This document shows, in pieces, positions 18,023 to 26,783 of a stretch of DNA of 64,000 bases. The position numbers and the translations under genes are program-made. This DNA is from Alphaproteobacteria bacterium (lineage in GTDB: Bacteria > Pseudomonadota > Alphaproteobacteria > Rhizobiales > Aestuariivirgaceae), in assembly GCA_024640405.1 (NCBI GenBank), contig JAHEFB010000009.1, forward strand, positions 28,243-92,242. The letters run 5' to 3'. Each line of letters opens with the position of its first letter. Within the stretch, counting starts at the first letter, position 1. The notes under the pieces are model-generated. The model did no database searches. It saw nothing but the letters and a program-made list of their open reading frames with translations, and was not told where the DNA came from.

Positions 18023-20047
18023 ATGTTGCATAAGGAAAATCTGCAGTTGTTCAGTAACAAGGCTGAAGCTTTTGAAGCTTCTGACGACACCCCCGCACAT
18101 GATGTCGAAGCACCCACGATAGGTGACGTCATTCAACAGCGCTTTGGGCGCCGCGACGCCCTCAAAGGTGCACTCGCTGTCACGACAGTTGCCCTGCTGA
18201 TGGGAAAAGCACTGCCCGCCCGTGCGGGCAAAGGCGCATCAGCTTTTGACTTTGACGAACTGGACGCCGGCAATGACGTCACCCATCATGTGGCCGACGG
18301 ATATGAGGCATATGTCATGTTGCGATGGGGCGATGCCGTGTTCAGCGATGTGCCGGCATTCAATCCCGCTTCACAGTCGGCAGACAAACAACATCGGCAG
18401 TTCGGTTACAACAATGATTATATCGGCATTTTCAATATTGCCGAGCGGCCGGACAACCTGCTGATGTGCATAAATCACGAATTCTGCAGCCCGGAGGTGA
18501 TGTTTCCCGGCCTCACCGCATCACCAGAAGACAACGATTTTGCCGAGATAACTTCCGATCTGGCGGATATCGAAATGGCTGCGCACGGCGTCAGCATCAT
18601 TGAACTGGAAAAACGCGACGGAAAATGGATCCCGCTGGTTACATCGCCCTTCAACCGGCGGATTTCCGCGGTCAACACCGAGATGATGGTTGATGGTCCC
18701 GCTGCCGGTCATCCGCGGCTTCAGACAACAGCAGACCCGTCAGGCAGACGCATCACCGGCACCTTCAATAATTGTGCCGGCGGCGTCACCCCGTGGGGAA
18801 CCTATCTGACGGCCGAAGAAAACTTCCACGGCTATTTCTGGACAGATGAAATGGAAGGAAAGGACGGCAAGAAAAAGCGCAGGAAAACCGGGTTGGGAGG
18901 CGAGCAGGCCGCCAGCTACAAACGCTATGCGGTACCGTCGAACTGGTACAACTGGGGCGCGTACCATCGCCGCTTCAACGTCGACAAGGAACCCAACGAA
19001 CCAAATCGCTTCGGCTGGATAACCGAAATCGACCCTTTCGATACGTCGTCCACGCCGGTCAAGCACACCGCACTCGGCCGTTTTTCTCATGAAGGCTGCG
19101 AGTGCATCGTGAACAATGACGGCCGGGTGGTGGTCTATTCAGGCGACGACAAGCGTTTTGAATATGTATACCGGTTCGTTTCGGCTGGAAAAATCTCCGA
19201 TGACAACAAGGCCAACAGGACATTGCTCTCTGACGGTGTCCTGGCGGTTGCACGGTTCAATCCGAACGGCACCGTCGACTGGCTGCCACTGGTATATGGC
19301 GAAGGACCGCTGACACCGGAAAACGGATGGGAAAGTCAGGCTCAGGTCCTGATTGACGCCCGGCTTGCCGCCGAAGCTCTGGGGGCCACACCGATGGACC
19401 GGCCGGAAGACGTTCAGCCTGACGCCAAGTCGGGCAAAATCTATGTGATGCTGACCAACAACCACAAACGCAAGAAAGACCAGACTGATGCCGCCAATCC
19501 GCGTGCGGAAAACCATTTTGGTCACATCATCGAAATGATGGCTCCGGGTCGCAACCATGCTGCCGATCAGTTTACCTGGCAACTTCTGATCAAGTGCGGG
19601 GACCCGTCGATTGCGGAAGTTGGATCGCTTTGGAACCCGGCAACGTCAACCAATGGCTGGTTCGGTTCACCCGACAATTGCGCCGTCGATCCTCAAGGAC
19701 GGCTTTGGGTTACCACCGACCAGGGCAAAAAATGGAACAAGACCGGAAAATCGGACGGGTTTTACGCGGTTGATACCGAGGGCGACGCCCGCGGCACGTC
19801 CACGCTGTTCTTCAGGGTTCCGATAGGTGCAGAAATGTGCGGGCCCTGTTTCACACCGGACACCGAAACAGTTTTTCTGGCAGTACAGCATCCCGGCACT
19901 GATGGAACCGAGGAATTTGCCGGTTTCGAAAGAAAATCTACCTTTGAAGATCCAGCGACCAGATGGCCCGACTTCAAGGATGGTATGCCACCGCGTCCCT
20001 CAGTAGTTGCCGTGCGCAAAAAAAGCGGCGGCCGGATAGGCGGATGA
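18023..20047 (+). CDS. phoX: PhoX family alkaline phosphatase, Tat-exported; start may be TTG 18047
   Basis: Twin-arginine GRRDALKG; GYNNDY, NHE, NNCAGG.TPWGTYLT.EEN, LGRFSHE, MDRPED and VQHPG motifs. Confidence 0.92.
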   Translation: MLHKENLQLFSNKAEAFEASDDTPAHDVEAPTIGDVIQQRFGRRDALKGALAVTTVALLMGKALPARAGKGASAFDFDELDAGNDVTHHVADGYEAYVMLRWGDAVFSDVPAFNPASQSADKQHRQFGYNNDYIGIFNIAERPDNLLMCINHEFCSPEVMFPGLTASPEDNDFAEITSDLADIEMAAHGVSIIELEKRDGKWIPLVTSPFNRRISAVNTEMMVDGPAAGHPRLQTTADPSGRRITGTFNNCAGGVTPWGTYLTAEENFHGYFWTDEMEGKDGKKKRRKTGLGGEQAASYKRYAVPSNWYNWGAYHRRFNVDKEPNEPNRFGWITEIDPFDTSSTPVKHTALGRFSHEGCECIVNNDGRVVVYSGDDKRFEYVYRFVSAGKISDDNKANRTLLSDGVLAVARFNPNGTVDWLPLVYGEGPLTPENGWESQAQVLIDARLAAEALGATPMDRPEDVQPDAKSGKIYVMLTNNHKRKKDQTDAANPRAENHFGHIIEMMAPGRNHAADQFTWQLLIKCGDPSIAEVGSLWNPATSTNGWFGSPDNCAVDPQGRLWVTTDQGKKWNKTGKSDGFYAVDTEGDARGTSTLFFRVPIGAEMCGPCFTPDTETVFLAVQHPGTDGTEEFAGFERKSTFEDPATRWPDFKDGMPPRPSVVAVRKKSGGRIGG

Positions 20048-20116
20048 CAGTCGGAGGCTCTGGCAAGATTGAAAATCAATCCTGCCGGCAAACCTGTCTG
20101 TTGGAAGTACAAACGG

Positions 20117-20797
20117 TCAATTTGAAGCCGGGGCGGCTCGCTGCTGTGATGCAAATGCCCGTTCGATTGCAGCTCTCAACTGTACCAGCCCCCTGCGCCG
20201 ACTGTCGCCGGGCGGCAGCATGAGATAGGCAGCATTCACATCCTTCATGGCTTCGGGCAACTTGTTGGTCCGGTAATATGTCGTCGCCCGATTGACAAAT
20301 GCATTGTAGTGGTTGGGGTTCAGTTTAATGGCGTCGCCAAAAAATTTTAACGCTATATCGTAGTTGGCGAGCATGAAATGATTCTTGCCCATCAGGTTTA
20401 CAGGAGTGGAATTTTTCGGATCCAGTTTCATGGCCTCGGCCAAATCCAGCATTGCACTGTCATAATCGCGTTTGTTGAAGTATGCGCGGGCCCGCGCCAC
20501 CCAAATGTTGGCGTCACCTTTTTCAGTATCCAGTGCCGTGCTCAGATCGCTAACTGCGTTGTCCAACTGACCCAACCGGCCATATGTTACTCCCCGTGCC
20601 GTATGGGCATCAACCAGCTGTTTTCCTGACAAACCACCTTCGATTGCACGTGTACAAGCTCCAATCCGATCGAGGGCGGGCAGTCTGCCCAGACATTCCT
20701 CAAGTTCACTGGCCGCCTTCACGGGCGTGACAAACAGTGATCCAGAAACAACCAATCCGGCAACGAAGCCGGATATCACCGATGCTTTTCCAAACAA
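20117..20797 (-). CDS. Tetratricopeptide repeat protein, exported
   Basis: Signal peptide followed by several TPR-like helical repeats (AHTARG, A..DL..A...DP, NP...A..NR). Confidence 0.85.
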   Translation of the reverse strand: MFGKASVISGFVAGLVVSGSLFVTPVKAASELEECLGRLPALDRIGACTRAIEGGLSGKQLVDAHTARGVTYGRLGQLDNAVSDLSTALDTEKGDANIWVARARAYFNKRDYDSAMLDLAEAMKLDPKNSTPVNLMGKNHFMLANYDIALKFFGDAIKLNPNHYNAFVNRATTYYRTNKLPEAMKDVNAAYLMLPPGDSRRRGLVQLRAAIERAFASQQRAAPASN

Positions 20798-20949
20798 TAC
20801 GCTATCCTCTACGCCATCGCGAACTTACCAGCCAACAACACGGTTGCAAACGGCCGGGTACTCATCACATGCCCAGTTCTAATGCGGATTGTTTGCGGAG
20901 AAACTTGGGCAATGGATACAATTGTCATGCAATAGACCTGCGTTGCAAG

Positions 20950-20979
20950 AAAAAAGGCCGGACTCCCGGGGTCCGGCCT
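20950..20979 (-). terminator. Rho-independent terminator AGGCCGGAC-N7-GTCCGGCCT followed by T-tract on the minus strand
   Basis: 9-bp perfect stem plus poly-A on the + strand. Confidence 0.8.
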
Positions 20980-21047
20980 CAAATCCAGTTAGTTTGTTGG
21001 TGTACGGCACACAGCATCATAACTTGCGGATGCCGCAGAAATTAACC

Positions 21048-21263
21048 CTAAAGCCCGGCTTTCGCCTTGCGGGCGGCAAAATCAGCCTTGATCTGCAACA
21101 GATGGTCGGCACCCAGGAGATGGCCGGCCTCGGTTTCAAGCCTGTGGATCGCACGTGCTTCGCTGACCAGACAAATGCGAGTCATCAGGCGCGCAAAAAA
21201 ACCTCGCGCGTTGTCGGTATCAACCGATGAATGAAATTCGTGGAGTTGAGCTGTAACAGCCAT
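21048..21263 (-). CDS. Small 71-aa hypothetical protein (weak DUF1127-like appearance)
   Basis: AAGGGA SD before the ATG; own terminator downstream; amphipathic GFFARLMTRI segment. Confidence 0.65.
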   Translation of the reverse strand: MAVTAQLHEFHSSVDTDNARGFFARLMTRICLVSEARAIHRLETEAGHLLGADHLLQIKADFAARKAKAGL

Positions 21264-21344
21264 GATCTATTCCCTTTTTGCAATGACACCCACAACCAGG
21301 TGTCTTTGTGCAATTCTTGTGAAGGAAGATCGTGACGGCTTTGT

Positions 21345-21376
21345 TGCATTGCAATGTAAAATGCTGCAACGCAGCA
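21345..21376. promoter_or_regulatory. Tandem TGC-N3-GCA boxes, including perfect TGCTGC-AAC-GCAGCA (PhaR-type site)
   Basis: TGCATTGCA at 21345-21353 and TGCTGCAACGCAGCA at 21362-21376, upstream of the small ORF. Confidence 0.55.
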
Positions 21377-21409
21377 ATGTTCACGGCGCATGCCTGGCTC
21401 GTTAACAAA

Positions 21410-22264
21410 CTAAAACTGGGATTCCAGTACGATAACTGTTGGTTTTGAGGGCAGATTGTCGAGCGATAATGTTATGGATCGGGCCTGATCCCGGCGAATT
21501 GCGAAACTCTTGCTCAGATGTGCAACGAACTGTGACAGCGAATAATCACCGAAAGCGTGCATTGGAAGAATCACGCGGGATCTGAGCGCCTTGATGACGC
21601 CGGCCATTTTGTCGATGGGCAAGGTCGAGCTTCCGTCCACCGGCACCATCACCACATCCAGCCGGCCTATCCAACCGAGGTGGCCTGCACCCAGTTCGTG
21701 GTGCAAATGACCGAGATGGCCAATGCACAGCCCGGATATCTCGAATATGAATATCGAATTGCCGTCTTTTTCCGGCGAGCCCCACCCGCGAATATCGGTG
21801 GTGACATTGCGGATCAGTACATCGTCTATTTCGAGATTGTGACTGCTGCGACCGCCTTCCGGGTTCCATCCGCGCAGAACATGCTGGATAGCCGGGTCGG
21901 GTGAGTTGGTGTAATGCGTTTCATGGGCCTTGTTCATTGTCACAACCCGTGGGGTACCCCACTTCCCCGTCCAGCCGGCATAGTCGGTTGCGATTGTGAC
22001 GCCGCCGGGACTTTCAATCCAGAATGTAGAGTGGCTGATATAACTGATACGCACCGTGCCGGACGGCACTTGATCGGCAACCAGCTCCAAACTGGCATAG
22101 CGGGCGCCGGGAAGGTTTTGCGCAACAGCAAGACAATTGCTGGGTGTCCGCTCAATTTTCGTCGTCTGAACGGGGTAAATTCCAGGAGATGCCGGCGTCG
22201 CCGGCACAACCAGCAACGCCACAAGAATGCCGACGACCCAGCAAAGCCGGTATAGATTTCTCAC
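21410..22264 (-). CDS. Exported MBL-fold metallo-hydrolase (Zn-dependent hydrolase family)
   Basis: Signal peptide; HSTFWIE, TMNKAHETH, CIGHLGHLHH and ILPMH motifs. Confidence 0.85.
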   Translation of the reverse strand: MRNLYRLCWVVGILVALLVVPATPASPGIYPVQTTKIERTPSNCLAVAQNLPGARYASLELVADQVPSGTVRISYISHSTFWIESPGGVTIATDYAGWTGKWGTPRVVTMNKAHETHYTNSPDPAIQHVLRGWNPEGGRSSHNLEIDDVLIRNVTTDIRGWGSPEKDGNSIFIFEISGLCIGHLGHLHHELGAGHLGWIGRLDVVMVPVDGSSTLPIDKMAGVIKALRSRVILPMHAFGDYSLSQFVAHLSKSFAIRRDQARSITLSLDNLPSKPTVIVLESQF

Positions 22265-22312
22265 CGAACAGACCCTCCAGCATTTACCGCTGGTCCGGCA
22301 GGCGGTACCGGA

Positions 22313-23128
22313 TTACGGCTTGGTTAACTCAATCTTCGCCTTGGAGCGAAGATCCTTGATAATGCCCTGTAGTTTGTCAGCTTGCAAACTGACCCGGATC
22401 CGATCAGCAACATCCTTGAGTTCGGGGAATGCCTGTTCGCGCTCATCAACTTTCTTGATGACGTGGTAACCGAACTGCGTCTGGACCGGTTGCTTTGTGT
22501 AGGTTCCCTTCTCGAGCGGGAACACAGCCGCTTCGAATGCCGGGACCATGCGGCCCGAGCCGAAAAATCCCAGATCACCGCCACGCGGGCCCGATGGACC
22601 TGTCGACTTGGTCTTGGCCAGTTCCGCAAAATCGGCACCCTTGTCAAGTTCTGCAATCACCGCCTCTGCTTCCGCCTTGGTTTTCAACAGGATGTGGCTG
22701 GCCTGAACTTCCTTCTTGCCGGCAACTTGCGACCTTGCTTCATCATATCGAGCCTTGACTTCAGCCTCAGTAACCAGTTCGGCAGATCTTTTTCGAACGA
22801 AGGCCTCGCGCAGAGCCTGTACCTCGAGCCAGTCCATGCGGCGTTTGTGGGCTTCTGTATCAGCAACCCCTTCCTTGCGTGCGGCGTCGGCCAGAAGATG
22901 GGACTCAAGCAGGATATTGACGATAAACTCCTGCTGCTTGTCCGGCGCCACCTGGTTCAGGGCATCACCAAGGGTATTCCTGGCAAACTCCACATCCTTG
23001 CCGGTGATGACATGGCCGTCCACAGTAGCCAGGGTTTTTGCTTCTTCTGCATGAAGCGATGTGGTGGTCGCGATAGCCAGCATGGCAGCGGCAGAAAATC
23101 CTGCGCGCAGGAGTACGGATAAAGACAT
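22313..23128 (-). CDS. Parvulin-type (PpiC) peptidyl-prolyl isomerase, periplasmic
   Basis: ASHIL, FAELAK..S.GPSG..GGDLG, MVPAFE and TQFGYHVIK motifs; signal peptide. Confidence 0.92.
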   Translation of the reverse strand: MSLSVLLRAGFSAAAMLAIATTTSLHAEEAKTLATVDGHVITGKDVEFARNTLGDALNQVAPDKQQEFIVNILLESHLLADAARKEGVADTEAHKRRMDWLEVQALREAFVRKRSAELVTEAEVKARYDEARSQVAGKKEVQASHILLKTKAEAEAVIAELDKGADFAELAKTKSTGPSGPRGGDLGFFGSGRMVPAFEAAVFPLEKGTYTKQPVQTQFGYHVIKKVDEREQAFPELKDVADRIRVSLQADKLQGIIKDLRSKAKIELTKP

Positions 23129-23304
23129 CAAGGGTTCCTTTGTTCTCATAAAGCTGAATTTGGCGCGGACCATGCCCCGGCTGATTAAACATTACAATTA
23201 AAGAATGTGTCATGTGCGTGTTCGAAAAGTTCGCGACCGGCTTGGTTGCGGGCAAAGACTCACATTTTCTAACAGGCCGCAACAACTACCGGAGCGGTTT
23301 TGGC

Positions 23305-23613
23305 ATGACAACTGACCTTACAATGCCGGCCTGGACAGGCGAGCTGACACTGTATCTCGCGTTCCCGTATGTACTGGCGACAATTCAGCAATACGGTGTG
23401 ATTGACGCGCTTACCTATCGCGCAGATGGCAAACCACTGGATGACTGAGACGCCAGAGCCAAAAAAGCCGCCGCTGCAGCAACAATTGGTTATTTTTGGG
23501 CTCGCGCCGGGCCCTACATCCTGTATGTGGCCAATGTGCCATTCGGGCGAACAGTTGCATTTCTCGCGGGGTGGCTCGCCATGGTCTGTATCTTCTGGCA
23601 GATCGTAACCTGA
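23305..23613 (+). pseudogene. MAPEG-family membrane protein remnant with in-frame TGA (23446-23448) and apparent internal deletion
   Basis: Single frame: MTTDLTMPAWTGELTLYLAFPYVLATIQQYGVIDALTYRADGKPLDD*DARAKKAAAAATIGYFWARAGPYILYVANVPFGRTVAFLAGWLAMVCIFWQIVT*. GGAG SD at 23291. Confidence 0.7.
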
Positions 23614-23620
23614 ACATCCT

Positions 23621-24268
23621 TCAGTCGGGCCTGCTCAGGAAAACCACGTCCCTGGCGATAATTTCGCAGGTCATGCCGAGCCTTGCCGCCAGCAGCCTGA
23701 ATGTGTGCTCCCGGTAGAAGACTACGTGTGTTGGGTCATGCCGATAGCGCCAGTTCTCAAACAGTGTGTCGTCAGTCTGGAATATGGTCATTACAGCCAG
23801 CAGACCACCTGGCCTCAACAACCTGCTCAATCGATCGAACTCCTCATACGGGTTGTGAAAATGCTCGACGGTCTCGGTGCATGTTACGAAGTCATATGTT
23901 TCACTCAACGCAGAAGCGTCAGCCGCAAAAAACGGATCATAGGTCGACATTTTGTGACCCTTCGCCCGCAACATCACAGCAAGCGCGGGCGCCGGTCCAC
24001 AGCCAAAATCCAATCCCGCTGACCCAGGCTGGATTCGTGCCAGCAACGGGTCTGCCAGTTTCGCCAGATAAGCGCGATAACCGTGATCATTCACGTCATT
24101 TTCATGGGTAAGATAATGAGCGAGTTCGGCTTCGACTGTGAGAAATCCAGCCGGATGAAGAAAGCTGGCCTTACAGACTTCACAGCGATGGTATGTTCTG
24201 CCGTCACGGTCGACAAGCAGAACACGGGTGTCGTCACACCCGCATACTCTACAGTCTAACGCAGCCAA
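23621..24268 (-). CDS. Class I SAM-dependent methyltransferase with N-terminal Zn-ribbon-like Cys pairs
   Basis: CRVC...CEVC; LDFGCGP; TETVEHF; WRYRHDPTHV. Confidence 0.88.
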   Translation of the reverse strand: MAALDCRVCGCDDTRVLLVDRDGRTYHRCEVCKASFLHPAGFLTVEAELAHYLTHENDVNDHGYRAYLAKLADPLLARIQPGSAGLDFGCGPAPALAVMLRAKGHKMSTYDPFFAADASALSETYDFVTCTETVEHFHNPYEEFDRLSRLLRPGGLLAVMTIFQTDDTLFENWRYRHDPTHVVFYREHTFRLLAARLGMTCEIIARDVVFLSRPD

Positions 24269-24774
24269 GCTGCGTACTCCGGCACCCGGGTTTTCATGTC
24301 ATCATAGATCCAGACCATTCGATCCATCTGCCATAACTTTGCGACCACTGTCATGAACATGCCGAGTAACACGGCCCAGGGATGCAACACCCACAAGCCC
24401 CAGGCCAGTGGCAGCAAACCCAACCCGGCCAGTATACCGAGACGGGAGGCCATGCGCTGGTGGTGAACCGGTATTGGGTGGGCGGCGGTGTTAAGCCACA
24501 CACGTTCACCGAATGTCACCTTTGACATCCAGTTGTCGGTCGACACAGGTTCAGCAAATGCACGCGGGTTCCAGTATGTCCACAATATCAGAGCGATGAT
24601 CGGCACGACGCACCACCACCCGATCCAGACCCTGGACCAGACACTCAATGCAAACAACGGCAATATCGGCATCCGTGTCCAGCCGGACCAGGGATTTGCA
24701 TGCCGGGCCCACGCGGCGTCGTCCATTGCCATCAGACGTTCGAGTTTGTGCGCAATTTTCATTGACAAGGACAT
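24256..24774 (-). CDS. Conserved membrane protein (DUF6653-like)
   Basis: WARHANPWSGWTR...WNPRAF...SK.TFGERVWL pattern; 3-4 TM segments. Confidence 0.75.
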   Translation of the reverse strand: MSLSMKIAHKLERLMAMDDAAWARHANPWSGWTRMPILPLFALSVWSRVWIGWWCVVPIIALILWTYWNPRAFAEPVSTDNWMSKVTFGERVWLNTAAHPIPVHHQRMASRLGILAGLGLLPLAWGLWVLHPWAVLLGMFMTVVAKLWQMDRMVWIYDDMKTRVPEYAAWLR

Positions 24775-24795
24775 GGTACCGGTTTGCCCGGGATA

Positions 24796-25661
24796 TCAAG
24801 CCGCACCAGATTTTTTTCCGGTGTTTGTACGACGGTCATTCACAATCGTAATTCGATTCATGCAGCGATAGTGCGGCAGATAATCGGAAACCGCGTAATG
24901 CTGGGTGCAACGATTGTCCCACATGGCCATAGACCCTTCCCGCCATTTGAAACGGACCTGATGCTCTGGCCGGTCGATATGATCGAGGAGGTAGGTCAGC
25001 AGCCGATTGCTGGCCCGTCTCGTCATCCCGACTACCTGTTGGGTGAACCCTTCGTTCAGATAAAGAAACTTGCGGCCGGAAACCGGGTGAACCTGAACTA
25101 CATTGTGCAGTGCGCTGCCAAATCTCTGCATAGCCGCATTGAGGCTCGTTGCATCAACTTCACCGACGGTAAAGCTGTTGCGGAAGTCGCCCATGTCGTG
25201 AACCGCCACCTTGTCCGCGAGATGATCCTTCATATCGTCCGGCAGTGCATCATAGGCTGCATACATGCTTGCCCAGATTGTATCACCCCCGGTCGGCGGC
25301 ACCTCGCGCGCCACCAGAATGGATGCAAAAGCGGATTTGGCCTGAATGTCAGATCGGTGTGCCATCCGTCTGTATCAGGCGGGTTCTTTGCATCATTGGC
25401 CAACATGACGATGCGTTCAAAACCAGGCACATGGGCATAAACCGGGTGCGGTTCATCCAGTTCCCCAAATGACTGTGCAAACGCCAGATGCCGTTCCGGC
25501 GAAATTTCCTGATCCCTGAAAAAGATCACCAGGTGCTCGATTAATGCCCTGTAGAGCACATCCAGCGTTGCTTCATCCAGTTGCCCGCCAATATCAACGC
25601 CGGAAACCTCCGCACCTATGGCCGTGGTAAGGGGAGATATCAGGATTCCTGAGCTGGTCAC
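24796..25661 (-). pseudogene. TauD/TfdA Fe(II)/2-oxoglutarate dioxygenase split by a 1-nt frameshift near 25327-25331
   Basis: N-half IGAEVSGVD...GWHTDLTF; C-half FASIL...GGDT.WAS...WDNRCTQH in another frame. The junction reads ccg-ctttt-gca (5 nt where 6 are needed). Confidence 0.85.
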
Positions 25662-26698
25662 GGGTCGATCCTCTGCCGGATTGTTTCAGCCTGACTTTCA
25701 CCGGGAGGCTGCGCAACGCCAAAATCAGGATTATCAGGCTGAAAGGTTCTTTCGTATGCATCATTGATGTTACGCCGCATGAACGGATGTTCGATCGGTT
25801 CGCGTCGTCGCAACAACCAGTGCCAGGCGACCTGAAGATATCCACCGGGATAGTAGTATCCCGCATTGGCGCGCAGCGTATCGGGCTTTTGCTGCCTCCA
25901 GGCGGTGGGTAACTCAAACCAGGATATGTTTGGATGGTCATGATGAACCGCATGGAAATTGTTGTTGAGAAACAACAAACGCATCAGCAACCCAGCCTCG
26001 ACCACGGCCGTACGTTCGGAAACTGTTTCTTCGGCCCGATGCTCTATGTAGGTCCGGATCATCAGGAGAGACATTCCCGGATAGGCCACGCAAAGTCCAT
26101 AAATCCACAGCGGAATATCCACCCAGACCAACAATGCGATGGCAGGCGCTGCTCCAGCCAGATGCAGGACATAGGCCCGGATGATTTCCCGGTCCCCCGC
26201 CCGCATCAATCTCAGGTCATTACGCCAGAAAACATACAATGCCAGCGCAGGGCCGATCACAATTCGCCCTGCCAACGTCGCATTGAGTTGCAGCAGGCCC
26301 TGCATCACAGGACTGGTACGATGCCAGTCATGTCGGCTTAGATACCAGCTTTCAGGATCATCATAGGGATCCGTCAACAGAACGTTGTTGTGGTGCCTCA
26401 GGTGGGTTTCGCGAAAACGTCTGTACGGCACAAACAAGCCCGGTGCGGCAAACACCAGCGCCTCGTTCAATATACCAGACCGGGTCGGATGCCCGTGTAA
26501 TGCCTCGTGCTGCAGCGATGAATGAAAGGCAATCATTAAAGCGGCTGGCACAATCCATACCCAACCCAGCATCTCATGCCAGACGATGGCAAAAACCCAG
26601 ATGGTGTAACAGGCAATCAACGCAACCCAGGTGGGCCATTCGCGTGCTGCCCTGGCGGTCCCCGGCACCCACATCCCCATGACAATCCGAAACCGCAC
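25658..26698 (-). CDS. Membrane fatty acid desaturase family protein; start uncertain
   Basis: His boxes HSSLQHEALHGH, THLRHH and NNFHAVHH. Confidence 0.88.
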   Translation of the reverse strand: MRFRIVMGMWVPGTARAAREWPTWVALIACYTIWVFAIVWHEMLGWVWIVPAALMIAFHSSLQHEALHGHPTRSGILNEALVFAAPGLFVPYRRFRETHLRHHNNVLLTDPYDDPESWYLSRHDWHRTSPVMQGLLQLNATLAGRIVIGPALALYVFWRNDLRLMRAGDREIIRAYVLHLAGAAPAIALLVWVDIPLWIYGLCVAYPGMSLLMIRTYIEHRAEETVSERTAVVEAGLLMRLLFLNNNFHAVHHDHPNISWFELPTAWRQQKPDTLRANAGYYYPGGYLQVAWHWLLRRREPIEHPFMRRNINDAYERTFQPDNPDFGVAQPPGESQAETIRQRIDP

Positions 26699-26783
26699 CG
26701 CCGTGAACCCGGCTGCTCGTGCGTGTCAGAATCTTACCTCACATTCTCGTGATTGTCACCACAATGTCAGCAATACCGAAGAC

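Noticed and set aside
21410-22264. Lys replacing the first His of the MBL motif (NKAHETH)
   Set aside because: I recall such variants being common in this alphaproteobacterial subfamily; not evidence of novelty by itself.
23446-23448. UGA recoding (Trp or selenocysteine) in the MAPEG gene
   Set aside because: TGA is a normal stop in many genes of this window, Trp is encoded by TGG, the position is not a Cys site, and the gene also has a deletion.
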